Part shown: piece after piece, positions 1 to 12,769 of the stretch
How the letters are laid out: each line of letters begins with the position of its first letter
How positions within the stretch are numbered: position 1 is the first letter of the stretch
Assembly (NCBI GenBank): GCA_013239625.1
Contig: MU054187.1
Location: 4,289,757 to 4,353,756 of the forward strand
Direction of reading: 5' to 3'
Source: Lama guanicoe
Lineage: Eukaryota
DNA length: 64,000 nt
Notes under the pieces: generated by a model
What the model was told of the DNA's origin: nothing
Database searches by the model: none
What the model saw: only the letters and a program-made list of their open reading frames with translations
Program-made: the position numbers and the translations under genes

Positions 1-6
1 AGCCAA

Positions 7-163
7 GGCACCCTTGCGCTGCAGGCTGGTCTTTGGGGGCACCCCCGTGCTGCGGGCTGCTCTTTGGGGGCACCCCCGTGCTGTGGACTGGTCTTTGGGG
101 GCACCCCGTGCTGCAGGCTGATCTTTGTGGGCACCCCTGTGCTGCGGGCTGGTCTTTCCGGGG
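7..163. repeat. GC-rich minisatellite, 30-31 bp unit, ~5 copies
   Basis: Unit gctgcaggctggtctttgggggcacccccgt starts at 18, 49, 80, 110 and 141 (partial), with a few substitutions per copy; partial unit at 7-17. Confidence 0.95.
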
Positions 164-2099
164 CCGCACACAGTCAGCTTCGAACTGGGACGTTCACAGG
201 AGTCCAGCTCCAGGGTGTGTAAACTCTAGCCACAGCTGCCTTCCCAATAAAGCCCTAAGGAATTCTCACCACAGCCTCTGAGAAAGGTGACAGCCCTCAG
301 ACCGTCCCACCAGAAGGCAGGCTGCTTCTTTTGCCTTCTCGTCCTGTTCCGCATGTCCGAAGACCAGAGACTGCTTTTAGTAAATGTTGGCTGAGCAAAT
401 AAAGGTCTCAGTATTATCACTGTAAGTTTACAGGAATAAAGTGGAAGCTCTGAAAAAGTAAGTCAGGCGGAACCACTCAACATGCGGTCTGCTCTGTCTG
501 CTCCTCAAGCCCTGACGTTGACCGTCTTTCGCTGCATGTAGCTGTCGGCCACATGGGATCCATCCTTTCACTACGGATTCTCCCAGCATGCACTGCGTGT
601 ATGCGTTTGCAAGACATTCCCCTCAATTCACCTAAGAACCTCCTGGGCGGCGGGTGGAGCATGGGAATAGGACGAGTCATTTTCTCCTCCTTGGCATCTC
701 CAGGTCCCCACTTGTAACAAACAAAGAGCATCCGGCGAAGTTCACGGGAGGTATTACAATACAAACTCCTTGTTTCTTCACAGAAGGCCACAGAGATGAG
801 ATCACTTTTATTCCATCACTATAACTTTTGCTTGAGAAAAACATTAGCAAGTTTCTCCTTCCAGAAACCTTGCGAATCAATTTGTTCAGTCACCAAGGAC
901 CGTGCGGCCATCTGTTACTCGGCTGCAAGAGTTGTTTATTCATACTTTTGCCCATTCATCTGTTTTGTGTTTCCTTTTGTCCATTTCTCACTGAAGATAA
1001 ACAAAAACCTGTTAGTGTGTGACGGAAGCCAAGGCCTGAATCTGCCTCTGCCAAGAAGGAGGACATTTGTCAAGGGAGGGCGAGCAGAGGGCGGAGGGAA
1101 TGAAACCCACTTATTACTCTTCCAAGAGAGACAATCATTTTAAATTTCTGATGATGTAGTCCTCTTTGTCTGGCCCTTGAAATGCCCTTTGGATTGCGAA
1201 AAAACGCTAGAAGCGTCAGGCAGAACCATTCCAGCCACGCGAACATTTCTGACACTGTTACTACCTTTCATATTATTTAAAGAATTTCTGCTGCTTTTAC
1301 CTAGGTGAAAAGGTTTGCTTGTCAAATTCAGAGAACAAGGTCATAGAAATGCATCGTTTTTCTAGTAAAAGAGATACCATTCTCTCATCAACCCAGAAAC
1401 ACTGGGGAAGATATTATTAGTAATTCCTCATCATCTTTTTCTAATGATAAGTTTGAATCAATGCCCTTCAATTAAATGTCCTTAGTGACAGAATACCCAC
1501 ACCAGATTGAATTAATCGAAGTGAAATTAATTATTCCACAAACCTAAGCAGTCCAGAGGTAGGGCTGAATTCAGGAAAGACTTGATCAAGACTTCAGTAA
1601 AATTACTACAACCTGGTTTCCTCTGTCCTTCATCCCTGCTACCTTCCAAGTGCATCTCATTCTCATGTGCCTTATACATTAGCCAGATGGAGGAAGGAGT
1701 CTCAGTGACAGTTTCCAGGTGCGCTGCAGAGGGAAAGGATCCCCCCGCTCCCGCCATTTAATTCCAGAAGCCTCCGCAAATATCTGGCTATCACTCACTA
1801 ACTTTGATAGGATACATCCATTCTCCAACCAACCTCTGAGGCCAGAGGAAGCCAGGGCTATGAGGGACCAAGCCTAAATCACTTAGACCTTCTGGAACTT
1901 GAGCTGTGGAATGGAGAGGTCAATCTATCTACTGGAACCACCAGTAGATTCCCAGAAGAAAATCTGGAGCTGTTAATCCAAGAAGAGCAGACAGATAATT
2001 AATAGAAAAGATACAAATGGTTAACTGTGTAAGGGTACCTGCCCATGATAGAAAAGTATTCTCATAGATTTTTTAAGTGACAACATTAAAATCAGAATA

Positions 2100-3275
2100 A
2101 TACACATCCACAGCAAAAGAAACCATCAACAAGGTGAAAAGATAACCTGTGGAATGGGGAGAATATTTGCAAACCATGTATCTGATCAGGAGTTGATATC
2201 CGAAACATAAGAAGAATTCATAAAACTCAACAACAACCACAACAAAAATAACCCAAGTTAACAATGGGCAAAGGACTTGAATAGACATTTCTCCAAAGAA
2301 TATATACAAAAAGCCAACAGGTACATGAAGAAATGCTCAACATCACTAGTCATTAGGCAAATGCATATTTAAAACACAATATCACCTCATCCCTGTTAGA
2401 ATGGCCATCACCAAAAACACAAGAGATAAATGCTGACCTGGATGTGGAGAAAAGGGAAACTTGTACACTGTCGGTGGGATTATAAATTGGTGCAGCCACC
2501 GTAGCAAACGGCGTGGCAAATCCCCCAAAAAATTAAAAATAGAATTACTGCATGATGCAACAATTCCACTTCTGGAAATACAGCCAAAGGAAATAAACCC
2601 ACTAACTAAAAAAGGTATCTACACCCCATGTTCACAGCAGTATTATTTGCAATAGCCAACATATGGAAACAACATGTGTCCAGCAATAGATGAACGGATA
2701 AGGAAGTTGTGGTATATACACACAATGGAATGTCATTTAGCCATAAAAAATGAGGAAATCTTATCATCTGTGACAATATGAATGGACCTTGAAAGGATTA
2801 TATGAAGTGAAGTAAGTCAGACAGAAAAAGACACTGTGATCTCGCTTGTATGTGAAATCTGAAAAAAAACCCAAACTCATAGAAAAAAGGATTATACATA
2901 TTGTTACCAGAGGAGGGAGGGGGAATTGGAGAGTGGAGGAAGATGGTCAAAGGGTGCAAACTTCCAGTTATAAGATAAATAAGCCCTGGGGACATAAGGG
3001 GCAGTGTGAGCATGGCTAACACCGCTGTGTGGTACGCAGGAAAGTTGTTGAGAGAGTAGATCCTAAAGGTTCTCATCACAGGAGAAAAATTTCCCATTTT
3101 TTTCTTCTTTCTTTTCTTTTTATTGTACCTATATGAGAAAATGGGTGTTCGCGGAATCTACTGTGGTCACCATTTCACAACATTTGTAAATCAAATCATC
3201 ATGCTTATGCCTTAAACCTACCCAGTGATGGATGGCAACTGCTGTTTTATTAACTAGAGGAATTTTTTTTAAAAA
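2100..3275 (+). mobile_element. 5'-truncated LINE-1 (L1MA9-like): degraded ORF2 3' end plus 3' UTR
   Basis: Typical L1 motifs (gcaaaagaaaccatcaacaa, tttgcaaaccatgtatctgat, tgctcaacatcactagtcatt, cttccagttataagataaataag); ORF 2461-2655 resembles the L1 ORF2 C-terminus (YTVGGIINWCSH...IELLHDATIPLL). Confidence 0.9.
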
Positions 3276-3427
3276 AAGAACAATGTGTAGCACATAACCT
3301 TTTTGTAAATCTGAATCTATCTCCACATCAACATCTTTAAAACAAAGTATCAACATTTAATATATTAGTTTAAAATCTTAATATAAATAAGAAGATCTTC
3401 TTTTTTCCATTTTTAAAACTTGTATCC

Positions 3428-3642
3428 TTTTTTATTGAAGTATAGTCATCTTACAGTGTTGTACAATTTCCAGTGTCCAGCATCATGTTTCAGTCATACA
3501 TACACATACATATATTCATTTTCATAAAGTTTTTCATTATAGGTTACTACAAGATATTGAATATAGTTCCCTGTGCTCTACAATATAAATTTCTTGTTTA
3601 TCTATTTTATATACAGTAGCTGGTATCTGCAAATCTCAAATC
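3428..3642 (-). mobile_element. Short camelid-type L1 3' UTR fragment
   Basis: ttttattgaagtatagtc...ggttactacaagatattgaatatagttccctgtgct...tatctgcaaatctcaaa is the reverse of the young L1 3' end also present at 35983-36205. Confidence 0.85.
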
Positions 3643-3689
3643 TTACTATAAAATAACCGGGGGCCATGTGACTGAGACGGTTACCTTGC

Positions 3690-4110
3690 ATCCATCCCCC
3701 TGCTTCGCTCTTCTCGTTTAGAAACCAGAGCTGAAACGGGCAGAAAGAACACAGTATTTGTTTTCCAAGGCGCATCACCACCCAGCTAAATGCACACTTC
3801 TGTCTCTCCCTGGTTTCCCTGTATAGCCATTGGCCACATTCTGGCCCACGCAGGATAAACAGCAAAGTTATGGCGCGGTAAGAAGGCTCCTTTTAAAATG
3901 GAACAGGTGGGCTCTTTCTCTCCCCTGTTTTCATCCTACTGGTTGAAATACAGCTGGAATTGAGATGACATGGACAGAAGTGCCCCAAGCCCCTGAATAT
4001 TGTGGAGCCTTCAATGATTACCTCTCCAGCTCTCAGTGATTATCTCCTGATTAATTTTATGTGACAGAAAAACTTTTTATACTCCTTTTAAGACAGGGTA
4101 ATTCTGAAAG
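3690..4110 (+). mobile_element. Old ERVL-type LTR fragment (LTR16/LTR33-like)
   Basis: cccagctaaa...tttccctgtatagccattggccacattctggccc...ttttatgtgacagaaaaac resembles the LTR33/LTR16 consensus; highly diverged. Confidence 0.45.
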
Positions 4111-4125
4111 TTTGTAGATGCTGCA

Positions 4126-4335
4126 CAGTTGAGCCTTGAACAACACGGCTTTGACCTGCACAGGAGCACCTGTACAGGGATTGTTTTCCACTAAGTATAT
4201 AAAACAGAACAACCCCATCTGAGATTGGTGAAATCCATGGATTCAGATACGGAGGGTCAGCTGTAAAGTTATATGTGGATTTTCCACCACACAGGGTTGA
4301 TGCCCCTAACCCCCACGTCGTTCAAGGGTCAGCTG
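4126..4335. mobile_element. Tigger2-family (Tc1/mariner) non-autonomous DNA transposon (MITE)
   Basis: Terminal inverted repeats CAGTTGAGCCTTGAACAAC...GTCGTTCAAGGGTCAGCTG, followed by TA (left flank CA). Confidence 0.85.
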
Positions 4336-4732
4336 TAGCTGTTAATGATGGTGTCACACAGAGCCAAATCCAATCTTGAGAGACACAAAAATACACATGC
4401 TAAACTTTCAGAGTGGTTTCCCTACAGAGCTATGTAGCAGGAGGGTGTACTGGGAGCCACAATTAATATGATAAGTAAAAGCACAAAGGAAATTGTTTCA
4501 GCTGTTCCCATGCTGGGGATTTATTTAACAAAATATGAGATGCGTGTGACCTGATTTTACAACAGTGGTGTTCAGAGAACTGCATTTTGATGCAAGAGCT
4601 TGATAAAGGTTATTGAATCTCACGTCTAGGGAATAATTTGAGTCTTAGTCATTAAGCCAAGGTTCCTTGTAAGTGATAACAGGGCACAGCGATGCAGGGC
4701 AAGGTCCCTGCCCTCAAGGATCTCAGGTGTCG

Positions 4733-5788
4733 GATGAAGACAGATGAGAAAGCAAGCACTTAGCAAACGGTATGAACATCCCATTGTAGAAGCACGTACG
4801 GAGATCTTTGGGTGCTCAAGGGAGGGGCAATTGTCCTAGCTTTGGTGGGGCAAGAGAGGCTCCCCAGAGCCTAGAATGTCGTTTCAGAGAGACCGGGGGG
4901 ATGAGAGAAGGAAAAATAAAATTAGAAATGTGCAGGAATTGTTCAATTAGAATAGCACGTGTTCACCTTTGACGGGCCAGCAAGCAGACAGGGGGAAATT
5001 TCACTTACATCATCTCCACTAAAGGAGGACAGAGATTTAGCCCAAGATTTGGCCCAGGAGTAGCAAATTCCTATTCCAGGAGACAAAAGCCAAACTTGCA
5101 TCTAGCATGGAAATATTGTTTCCTGATGTCAATTCCTAAACCCGTTCCAGACCGAGAAGCCGATCGCGGTATAGAACACAATTTCGGCAGTCCCACACCG
5201 AAGAACCCACATTTTCTCTCCTGCACTTGGACCTCGACACTCTGCTTTAATGCCCCTGTAAGATGAAGACAGATGAGAAAGCAAGCACTTAGCAAACGGT
5301 GTGAACATCTCATTGTAGAAGCACGTACGGAGATCTTTGGATGCTCAAGGGAGGGGCAATTGCCCTAGCTTTGGTGGGGCAAGCGAGGCTCCCCAGAGCC
5401 TAGAATGTCGTTTCAGAGAGACCGGGGGGATGAGAGAAGGAAAAATAAAATTAGAAATGTGCAGGAATTGTTCAATTAGAATAGCACGTGTTCACCTTTG
5501 ACGGGCCAGCAAGCAGACAGGGGGAAATTTCACTTACATCATCTCCACTAGAGGAGGACAGAGATTTAGCCCAAGATTTGGCCCAGGAGTAGCAAATTCC
5601 TATTCCAGGAGACAAAAGCCAAACTTGCATCTAGCATGGAAATATTGTTTCCTGATGTCAATTCCTAAACCCGTTCCAGACCGAGAAGCCGATCGCGGTA
5701 TAGAACACAATTTCGGCAGTCCCACACCGAAGAACCCACATTTTCTCTCCTGCACTTGGACCTCGACACTCTGCTTTAATGCCCCTGT
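4733..5788. repeat. Tandem duplication, period 529 bp (4733-5259 / 5262-5788)
   Basis: Aligned by eye: 6 substitutions; 'aa' at the junction. Confidence 0.95.
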
Positions 5789-6556
5789 TCTGTGGTTCAG
5801 GGGTTCACAGAGCCTCAAAATGAACACGACTGGGATTTTGTGAGGATCATCTCTTTGGAACATCCGTAATCATACTCGGACCAGCGGAGAAGACCTTGCT
5901 GTTGGGAAAAGCCCTGAGCACCCCCCTCAAGTGGAAAACAAAAAACAACTACTCGTTATTACTAAGGACCCAGTCTACTGAAAACCGGTACTTCAGGATC
6001 CACGATCGCATTGCCGATCAGAGTCAGAGCAAAGAGTCACTCAGAGAAAGCGGGAAAAGGAGGACAGAGATTTAGCCCAAGATTTGGCCCAGGAGTAGCA
6101 AATCCCTGCTCCAGGAGACAAAAGCCAAACTTGCATCTAGCATGGAAATATTGTTTCCTGATGTCAATTCCTAAACCCGTTCCAGACCGAGAAGCCGATC
6201 GCGGTATAGAACACAATTTCGGCAGTCCCACACCGAAGAACCCGCATTTTCTCTCCTGCACTTGGACCTCGACACTCTGCTTTAATGCCCCTGTTCTGTG
6301 GTTCAGGGGTTCACAGAGCCTCAAAATGAACACGGATTTTGTGAGGATCATCTCTTTGGAACATCCGTAAGCATACTCGGACCAGCGGAGAAGACCTTGC
6401 TGTTGGGAAAAGCCCTGAGTCCCCCCCTCAAGTGGAAAACAAAAAACAACTACTCGTTATTACTAAGGACCCAGTCTACTGAAAACCGGTACTGCAGGAT
6501 CCACGATCGCATTGCCGATCAGAGTCAGAGCAAAGAGTCACTCAGAGAAAGCGGGA
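5552..6556. repeat. Tandem duplication of ~500 bp (5552-6055 / 6058-6556), overlapping the previous one
   Basis: Aligned by eye: 8 substitutions plus a 5-bp indel (cacgactgggat vs cacggat); core 5021-5259 is therefore present three times. Confidence 0.95.
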
Positions 6557-7164
6557 CAACACAATGGAAACGACAGCTTCCCTCCCGAATCCCCGACGAG
6601 GCAGGGGCTGTCAAACGCAGACCCGACAGGGGCCAGGCAGGCATCACACATGCTAGAGAACCAGGAATGAGGGAAACATCCCCTGTGGGAATGAACAACC
6701 CAGCCAAAGGAGCTGTCACTCACGCAGCCCCAGCAGACAACGCCCCGTAGAAATGCAGCCCAGCTTCCAGAGCTGATCTTTTAAGAGAGGCTGAAAAGGA
6801 GGGTTTTATGTGGATTCTCATACTTCTTTTACTACTGGTTCCAGGCTCAGGCAGGCTGTGGACACCCCACTGGCAGTCTCCACAAGGAGCAGCAGGAGCA
6901 TTGCCTTGTAGCTCCATTGGCCATGAGAGGAGCAGGCTGGATATATAAAAGGTTAAGAGATTTCACTCAATATCTACTTGAAAATGAGAGGATCGATCAA
7001 TTTGGTTAGAGCTTGCCTATACGAACTGCAAAGAAAAACAGGTGCTAATAATATTATCTGAAAGTCATTATCCTCATTAAACCTTACTTCCCATTCTCTC
7101 TGGGCTGCTTATGATTTTATCTAAAATTAGGCAAGTGGAGATCCATACTTGATGACTGCTTTCT

Positions 7165-7358
7165 AGTCTGTTCCTTGTGTTCCAGCCTCTCCTGCCTTCT
7201 TGGATGTGTTTCCCTCTCCTTTGCTCGATGTGAAGGCTCACCCGCCAGCTTTCAGGGATTTTTCCAGAGGAACCTGTTCCGCAGGTAGCTAGAAATTCAG
7301 TGTGTCCGTGAGGGAGGTGAGTTCAGGTTCTTCCTACGTCACCATCTTGAACTAGAGC
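7165..7358 (-). mobile_element. L1 5' UTR start fragment
   Basis: Reverse complement reads ttcaagatggtgacgtaggaagaacctgaactcacctccctcacggacac, typical of laurasiatherian L1 5' ends (YY1-like CAAGATGG motif). Confidence 0.7.
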
Positions 7359-7578
7359 CTGGAAAAATGATTTTAAAGTAAAATAAATGTGGGCAACACT
7401 GGGGAAAAGTCACACAGGTTTCCTCATTATAGTCTTTACCATAAAAATGTGGTTTTTGAAACTTCAGGAAAAGAATATATGATTCAGTGTTTCTCAGATT
7501 TGACTAAAGCATCCTGACACGTATACCTGTGTGTGCACACCATCCTCTGAGGGTTTCTCTCGGGACTGGTGTTCCGAC

Positions 7579-8163
7579 TGTGGTGGCAGAACGATGCCCT
7601 GCAACAATGCCTATGTCCTTATCTCCATGGCAAAAGGGACTTCGCAGCTGTGATCGGGTTAAGGACCTTAAGGATGGGGAGATCGTGTGGGGTTGTCTGG
7701 GTGGGTTCAACCAATTCACACGAGCACCTGAAGCAGGAAGCTGCCCCAGCCGGGAAGCAGAAGAGGAGGACAGAGGGAAGCTAGGAGATTCCAAGCAGGA
7801 GAAGGATTTGATGCTCTGTTGCTGGCTCTGAGATGTGGACAGTCATCTGGAAGAACCAGAGAGGCCTTTAGGAGCTAAGGGTGGCAGCAACTGACCGCCA
7901 GCAAGGCAATGGGGGCTTCGGTCCTTCACAGAAGAAATCGGATTCTGCCAACAAACCTGAATTAGCCTGGAAGCAGGCTCTTCCCCAGACCCTTCAGAAA
8001 GGAGCTCAGCCCTGCCCGCTGCTAACATCAGCCTGTGAAACTCTCAGCAGAGGATGCAGCTGGGATGCTGAGTCCGACTTCTGACACAACTGGGAGACAC
8101 GAGGCGCGATCTTTGAAAATACACTGTTTGGGGAAATTTGTTATGACAGCAATAAAAAACCAC
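7579..8163 (+). mobile_element. MaLR MLT1-family solo LTR (3' half repeated at 8349-8651)
   Basis: tgtggtggcagaa...atggcaaaagggacttcgcagctgtgat...gattctgccaacaa...aatttgttatgacagcaataaaaaac. Confidence 0.85.
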
Positions 8164-8830
8164 TTTCCCTGACCTCTCTTCGCCGCCTGCTTCTCGGTGC
8201 GCGAGTCACGCTGCCCTGCCCCTGACACCCTAGGGACACGTGTTCTCTCAAGCGTCCTGGCCTCGATCGCGATGCCCGGACGCGCTTTATTTCTGCTCCT
8301 TCCAAGGTGCGGCCTCTGGCTCGCCTCCTGCCCCCCCCCCCCCCCCCCAGAGGCCTTTAGGAGCTAAGGGTGGCAGCAACTGACCGCCAGCAAGGCAATG
8401 GGGGCTTCGGTCCTTCACAGAAGAAATCGGATTCTGCCAACAAACCTGAATTAGCCTGGAAGCAGGCTCTTCCCCAGACCCTTCAGAAAGGAGCTCAGCC
8501 CTGCCCGCTGCTAACATCAGCCTGTGAAACTCTCAGCAGAGGATGCAGCTGGGATGCTGAGTCCGACTTCTGACACAACTGGGAGACACGAGGCGCGATC
8601 TTTGAAAATACACTGTTTGGGGTAATTTGTTATGACAGCAATAAAAAACCACTTTCCCTGACCTCTCTTCACCGCCTGCTTCTCGGTGCACGAGTCACGC
8701 TGCCCTGCCCCTGACACCCTAGAGACACGTGTTCTCTCAAGCGTCCTGGGCTCGATCGCGATGCCCTGATGCGCTTTATTTCTGCTCCTTCCAAGGTGCG
8801 GCCTCTGGCTCACCTCCTGCCCCCCCCCCC
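7860..8830. repeat. Tandem duplication, period 489 bp (7860-8348 / 8349-8830)
   Basis: First ~270 bp identical; 8 substitutions in the remainder; each copy ends in a poly-C tract (18 vs 11 C). Confidence 0.95.
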
Positions 8831-8967
8831 GCACTTGTCAAGTCCCGACTGCTGCCTCGGTCGCGGCTCCGTCTCAGCATCGTCCACGCAGAGCCGCCCT
8901 CCCCTCCCACGGGGGGCTGATGGTCCCCGTGAACTTGCCCCTCTCGCCCAGGGGCCTGGAGAACAGG

Positions 8968-9294
8968 GGTTAAACTAATTAACCGAGGAAGCCCTCAGCC
9001 TGAGGCGACGCTGAAGGCAGCCTGTGTCAGTATCACAACCCCTAAGCCCGCCCAGGCCTCGGGGTCACAAAATCAAAGCCGAAGGGCAGCCCGACACGAG
9101 CAGCCGCTGGGATGGGAGCTGCAGCCAGTCAGCAAGGTCTTCACTCTGCTTCCGCCTTTTCTCTGGGAAGCGGCTCCCCAGCTCCCACCCTGCGGGGGCT
9201 CTAACCACTTCCTGTTTGGCGCTGCCTGATTCCAATCTATTGTTGCCCAAATAAACTCTTAAAATTTGAATATGCCTCAGTTTATCTGTCAACA
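8968..9294 (+). mobile_element. ERV1-type solo LTR
   Basis: Ends ...tgcccaaataaactcttaaaatttgaatatgcctcagtttatctgtcaaca (polyA signal, terminal CA); flanks cagg/aagg fit a degenerate 4-bp TSD. Confidence 0.65.
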
Positions 9295-12200
9295 AAGGAC
9301 ACTCTTTTATTTACCGTTCCATCTCCAGTGTCAGTCTGGTATACAGCAGGTGATCAGTAAATGTATAGAACTGATGAATCCAAACAAAGAGAACTAGTTA
9401 ACAGCTGACGTCACAGGACTGGACCCCAAAAGAGATGAAGGCTGGAAACAGCTCTGGGGTCCCCTGAAGTGCATGGGCAGCACCCCCACCCAAGCACAGA
9501 GGACAGAATAGCAGCTTTGCAAGCATACTGAAGACTATGTTTCCAAAGTATTTTCCGTCCCTGCAATTCTGTTGCCCTAAGTGTCCCTTCCCATTAAATA
9601 AAAGGCATTCATTTCTTCAGGAGCGAGAACACAGCCTAGAACAAAGTGCCCCGACTTGCCTCTGAGTTTCTTATTAGACTCCAGTTTTGATCCCCCGTGA
9701 GGCCATAGACTTGAAATCCAGGCTCCGGAGAGAGAAAAAGGGATTTTCTAAATTCCAAAGGCTTTTCATATCAAGGGCAATGCTTTAAGTCTGAGCACAC
9801 AGTTTTAGCATAAGCCACAGTGTGGCCAATAGAGACATTTTAGTGACTTGTCTAATGTCTAAATCTAGCGATTTAAAAGAAGGGAAGTTTAACCCAGGGG
9901 TGAGTGATTTCTAAATCCATACTTTCTCCTGCTATAGTGTATTGGTCTCAAAAGAATTTACTGCTTTTGAAGATAGAGATTTCCCTATAATTGGCCGTAT
10001 ACAAATGAGGCTTAGTGGCCACCTGGCTTCGATGACCTAGAGCAGGTCTGCACATAAACAGATGGCTCTTCAGGTGACTTTGCAAGCGAGGTCCAAACCT
10101 GAGACGCTAGAATGCTGTGACAAGGTTGGCTCCCTTATTTAAAAATTAGCTCCAAGTGTTATAACTGCCCCACGTTTATATTAAAACCTAATACTGAGCC
10201 ACTTTGGATCATTCAATCATCCATTCAGCTAGTTGGGAAAACTTGACCAGGCACACGAGTTGTTTGAAGTGAGTAGCAGTTTAGTCCAAAGCAAGAAATG
10301 GTCTGTGTTGTTACTCCTTCCTCAGCAGAGAAAATGAAATTTGGGCATGGAATATCACAGGCATTGGAATCCCATAGAGGCATTTAAATAATACATATAA
10401 GATAAACTTTGCATGGTAAAGTATCTATGATCAACGTGATAAAAGCAAGTTGAAAAGTACTTTGTAAGGTATGATTCTGTTTTTATTCAAACTTATTTCT
10501 CATTATATAGAATATCAACAGAACACCTGGCAGTACATACACACATGCCTGCAACAAATACTCAGCTAAAATGTGGTTATTTTAGAAAAGTGGAGGTAGA
10601 GTAGCAAATGGAGAAAAAAAATGTATATAGCCAAATTGTTGAGTTTTTAGCCTTAATTTTTGACACCTTAATTTTTTAAATAAAAATGCATGTCTTCAGA
10701 TCATACAGCTAGCTGGCTTCTAGGAAAAGCGAGTCATGATAAATGTCTCCCATATCTGGAGCTGCAGACCCGGATAGGTATGCATCTGTGGTCTCTCCCC
10801 AGGTCAACTCCAAGGTCAATCAGACCTCTAATCCTTCTTGTCAAAGATCCTCCAAGTTTCACAGGGAGGGGATCCTTGTGACGCGTGGGCCGCATCTTTA
10901 GTCTTGGCTCCACAGGGCCCTGATTACACAAGAGCTCAGCAGACACTGGGCAGGCACTTGCTGTAAAAACTAAAACCCAGAGGAAGACAGGGAGGCCCGG
11001 CAACCACCCGCAGTGGTCCACAGGACCCCAGACAGCCCGGGGGCTGCAGACGCGGACGTGAGGGCTTGCTTCTGTCCTGGCGTGGGTGTGCTCAGTCTGC
11101 GTGAACAAAGGGGATGCAGGGTGCAGCCAAGGGGCTTGGAGAAAAGGGGAGAAATCAAACAGGCAGCTGGTGGAGAGTGTAGTGGGTACCACGAGTAGTG
11201 GTGCTTCCCCCTCTTTCAGGCAAGAAAAGCTGGACAGTGTTCAAATTGAGTAAGAAGACAGGAAAGCAAACAGAAAAGCAGAAAGTGCAGCAGGAAGGCA
11301 CCAGAGCAAAGACAGTGAGTCTCGGAAGAGCAGTGAGTACTTCCAGGCGGAGGTGCGGAGAGTCAGGTACGGAGCGAGGGGAGGTGAGCAGAGGGACGTC
11401 AGCGAGGAAAATCTGAGAGAAGCTCAGCTTGTCTTCCTGAAAGACGGGAAGAGAGAGCCTGACAGCTCTAGAAACACAACTGTCCTTTCTAACACGAAAA
11501 GCTATTTCAAATGATCTCTAGGAAGTCAAAAATAAAACATTCAAAGGCAATCAAACATACGACCATAATACTCAGTTAATCTATTATGTCCTTAAAGGCG
11601 TGGGTGCTTTCCCATGATGAACATTATTCTCGTGTTCCGTATTTTCTAAGCACCCCGGAAACATACTTGTCAGTGGACCGAAGACAACGGAAGCGCCCTG
11701 AACAGTGCTCTCCTTTGCACCGGCTGAAACTGCTTTCGGCCTGCTTTCTTGCTCTTCTCTGATTTATCTCACGGATAATGGGGGCTGTTCGCCATGACAT
11801 CAGAAAGCATTCATCGTGGTTATCTGTTTCAGATCACCTGACAGTAGACAGAAGGTGATGAAATGTGGTTTGACAGAGCACCTGAGCTCACACGGGGCCC
11901 CTCGTTGCAGACAGCAGAGGGACCCACGTGGTGATGACATGTTTGTCCTGAGAACTCTGAACAGATTTCATCCTTGTTCATCATTTTCAAAGATTATGAA
12001 TGAAACTACCAATCTCTCCCAGGACTGTCAGAAAAGAACCTTCTCACTTCTTTCCCTAAGTCATCTTCCTCTCTCCTCTTACAAGTCTCTAAAAATGTGA
12101 AATAAAAAATTACTTCATACATGTGGAGGTCTTCTTTTTAAAGTTCAGGTTCATTTTTTATAAAGAAAAATGCTTATGGCTCCTGGACCAATCTCTACAA

Positions 12201-12769
12201 CGGATTCACTCGCAATGCTTCTGAAATAGAGCAGACAGAACAGTGGCTGTGGGGAGTGGGGAGTCCGGGCACAGGGAGGCAACAGGGCAAAGGGAGAAAA
12301 ACCCAGGCAGGAAGGCGAAGAGGGGAAGGGCTTTGTGCCCAGGAAGGCTTGCAGACTCAGTGATAATAAAAACCTGGCATAGGGAGCCTCACCTTCGGTA
12401 CCTCTCACCTCCTTTTCTGCCTCCCTCCCCTCCTGTTTCCCAGCACCTGCCTCTCAGGGTTTCGGTCTCCGGGGCTCTAAGCCAGTGGGCTTCAAACTGG
12501 GTGTGCTCGCCCGGACTACAAGACAATCACAACCTGCACACAAAATTTAAATTCCCAGTTTTCTTCCATTCTCATTTTTTCCTTCTTTCCCTAAAAGTCC
12601 ACTTCTGCTCTGAATGTTTATGGTATGATTGTTTACAGATTTTTTTTTTTGAAATTTACTTTTCCATTCAACATTTTGTCTTTGGGGTAAATATTGATCC
12701 ATTTCATTCTTTTCTTTTTTTAATATGAGTGGAGCTGTGTTGCTGTTCAGAGCAGTATTTTAATTAATT

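Noticed and set aside
7..163. CRISPR-like array
   Set aside because: Units are contiguous with no unique spacers, there are no cas genes, and the context is mammalian.
5071..6750. Repeated near-identical ORFs suggesting a tandem gene family
   Set aside because: They result from the ~0.5-kb duplications; the ORFs overlap on both strands, have no recognisable domains, and the 5-bp indel shifts the frame between copies.
7843..8573. Duplicated 61-76 aa ORFs
   Set aside because: They lie within an MLT1 LTR copied by the 489-bp duplication.
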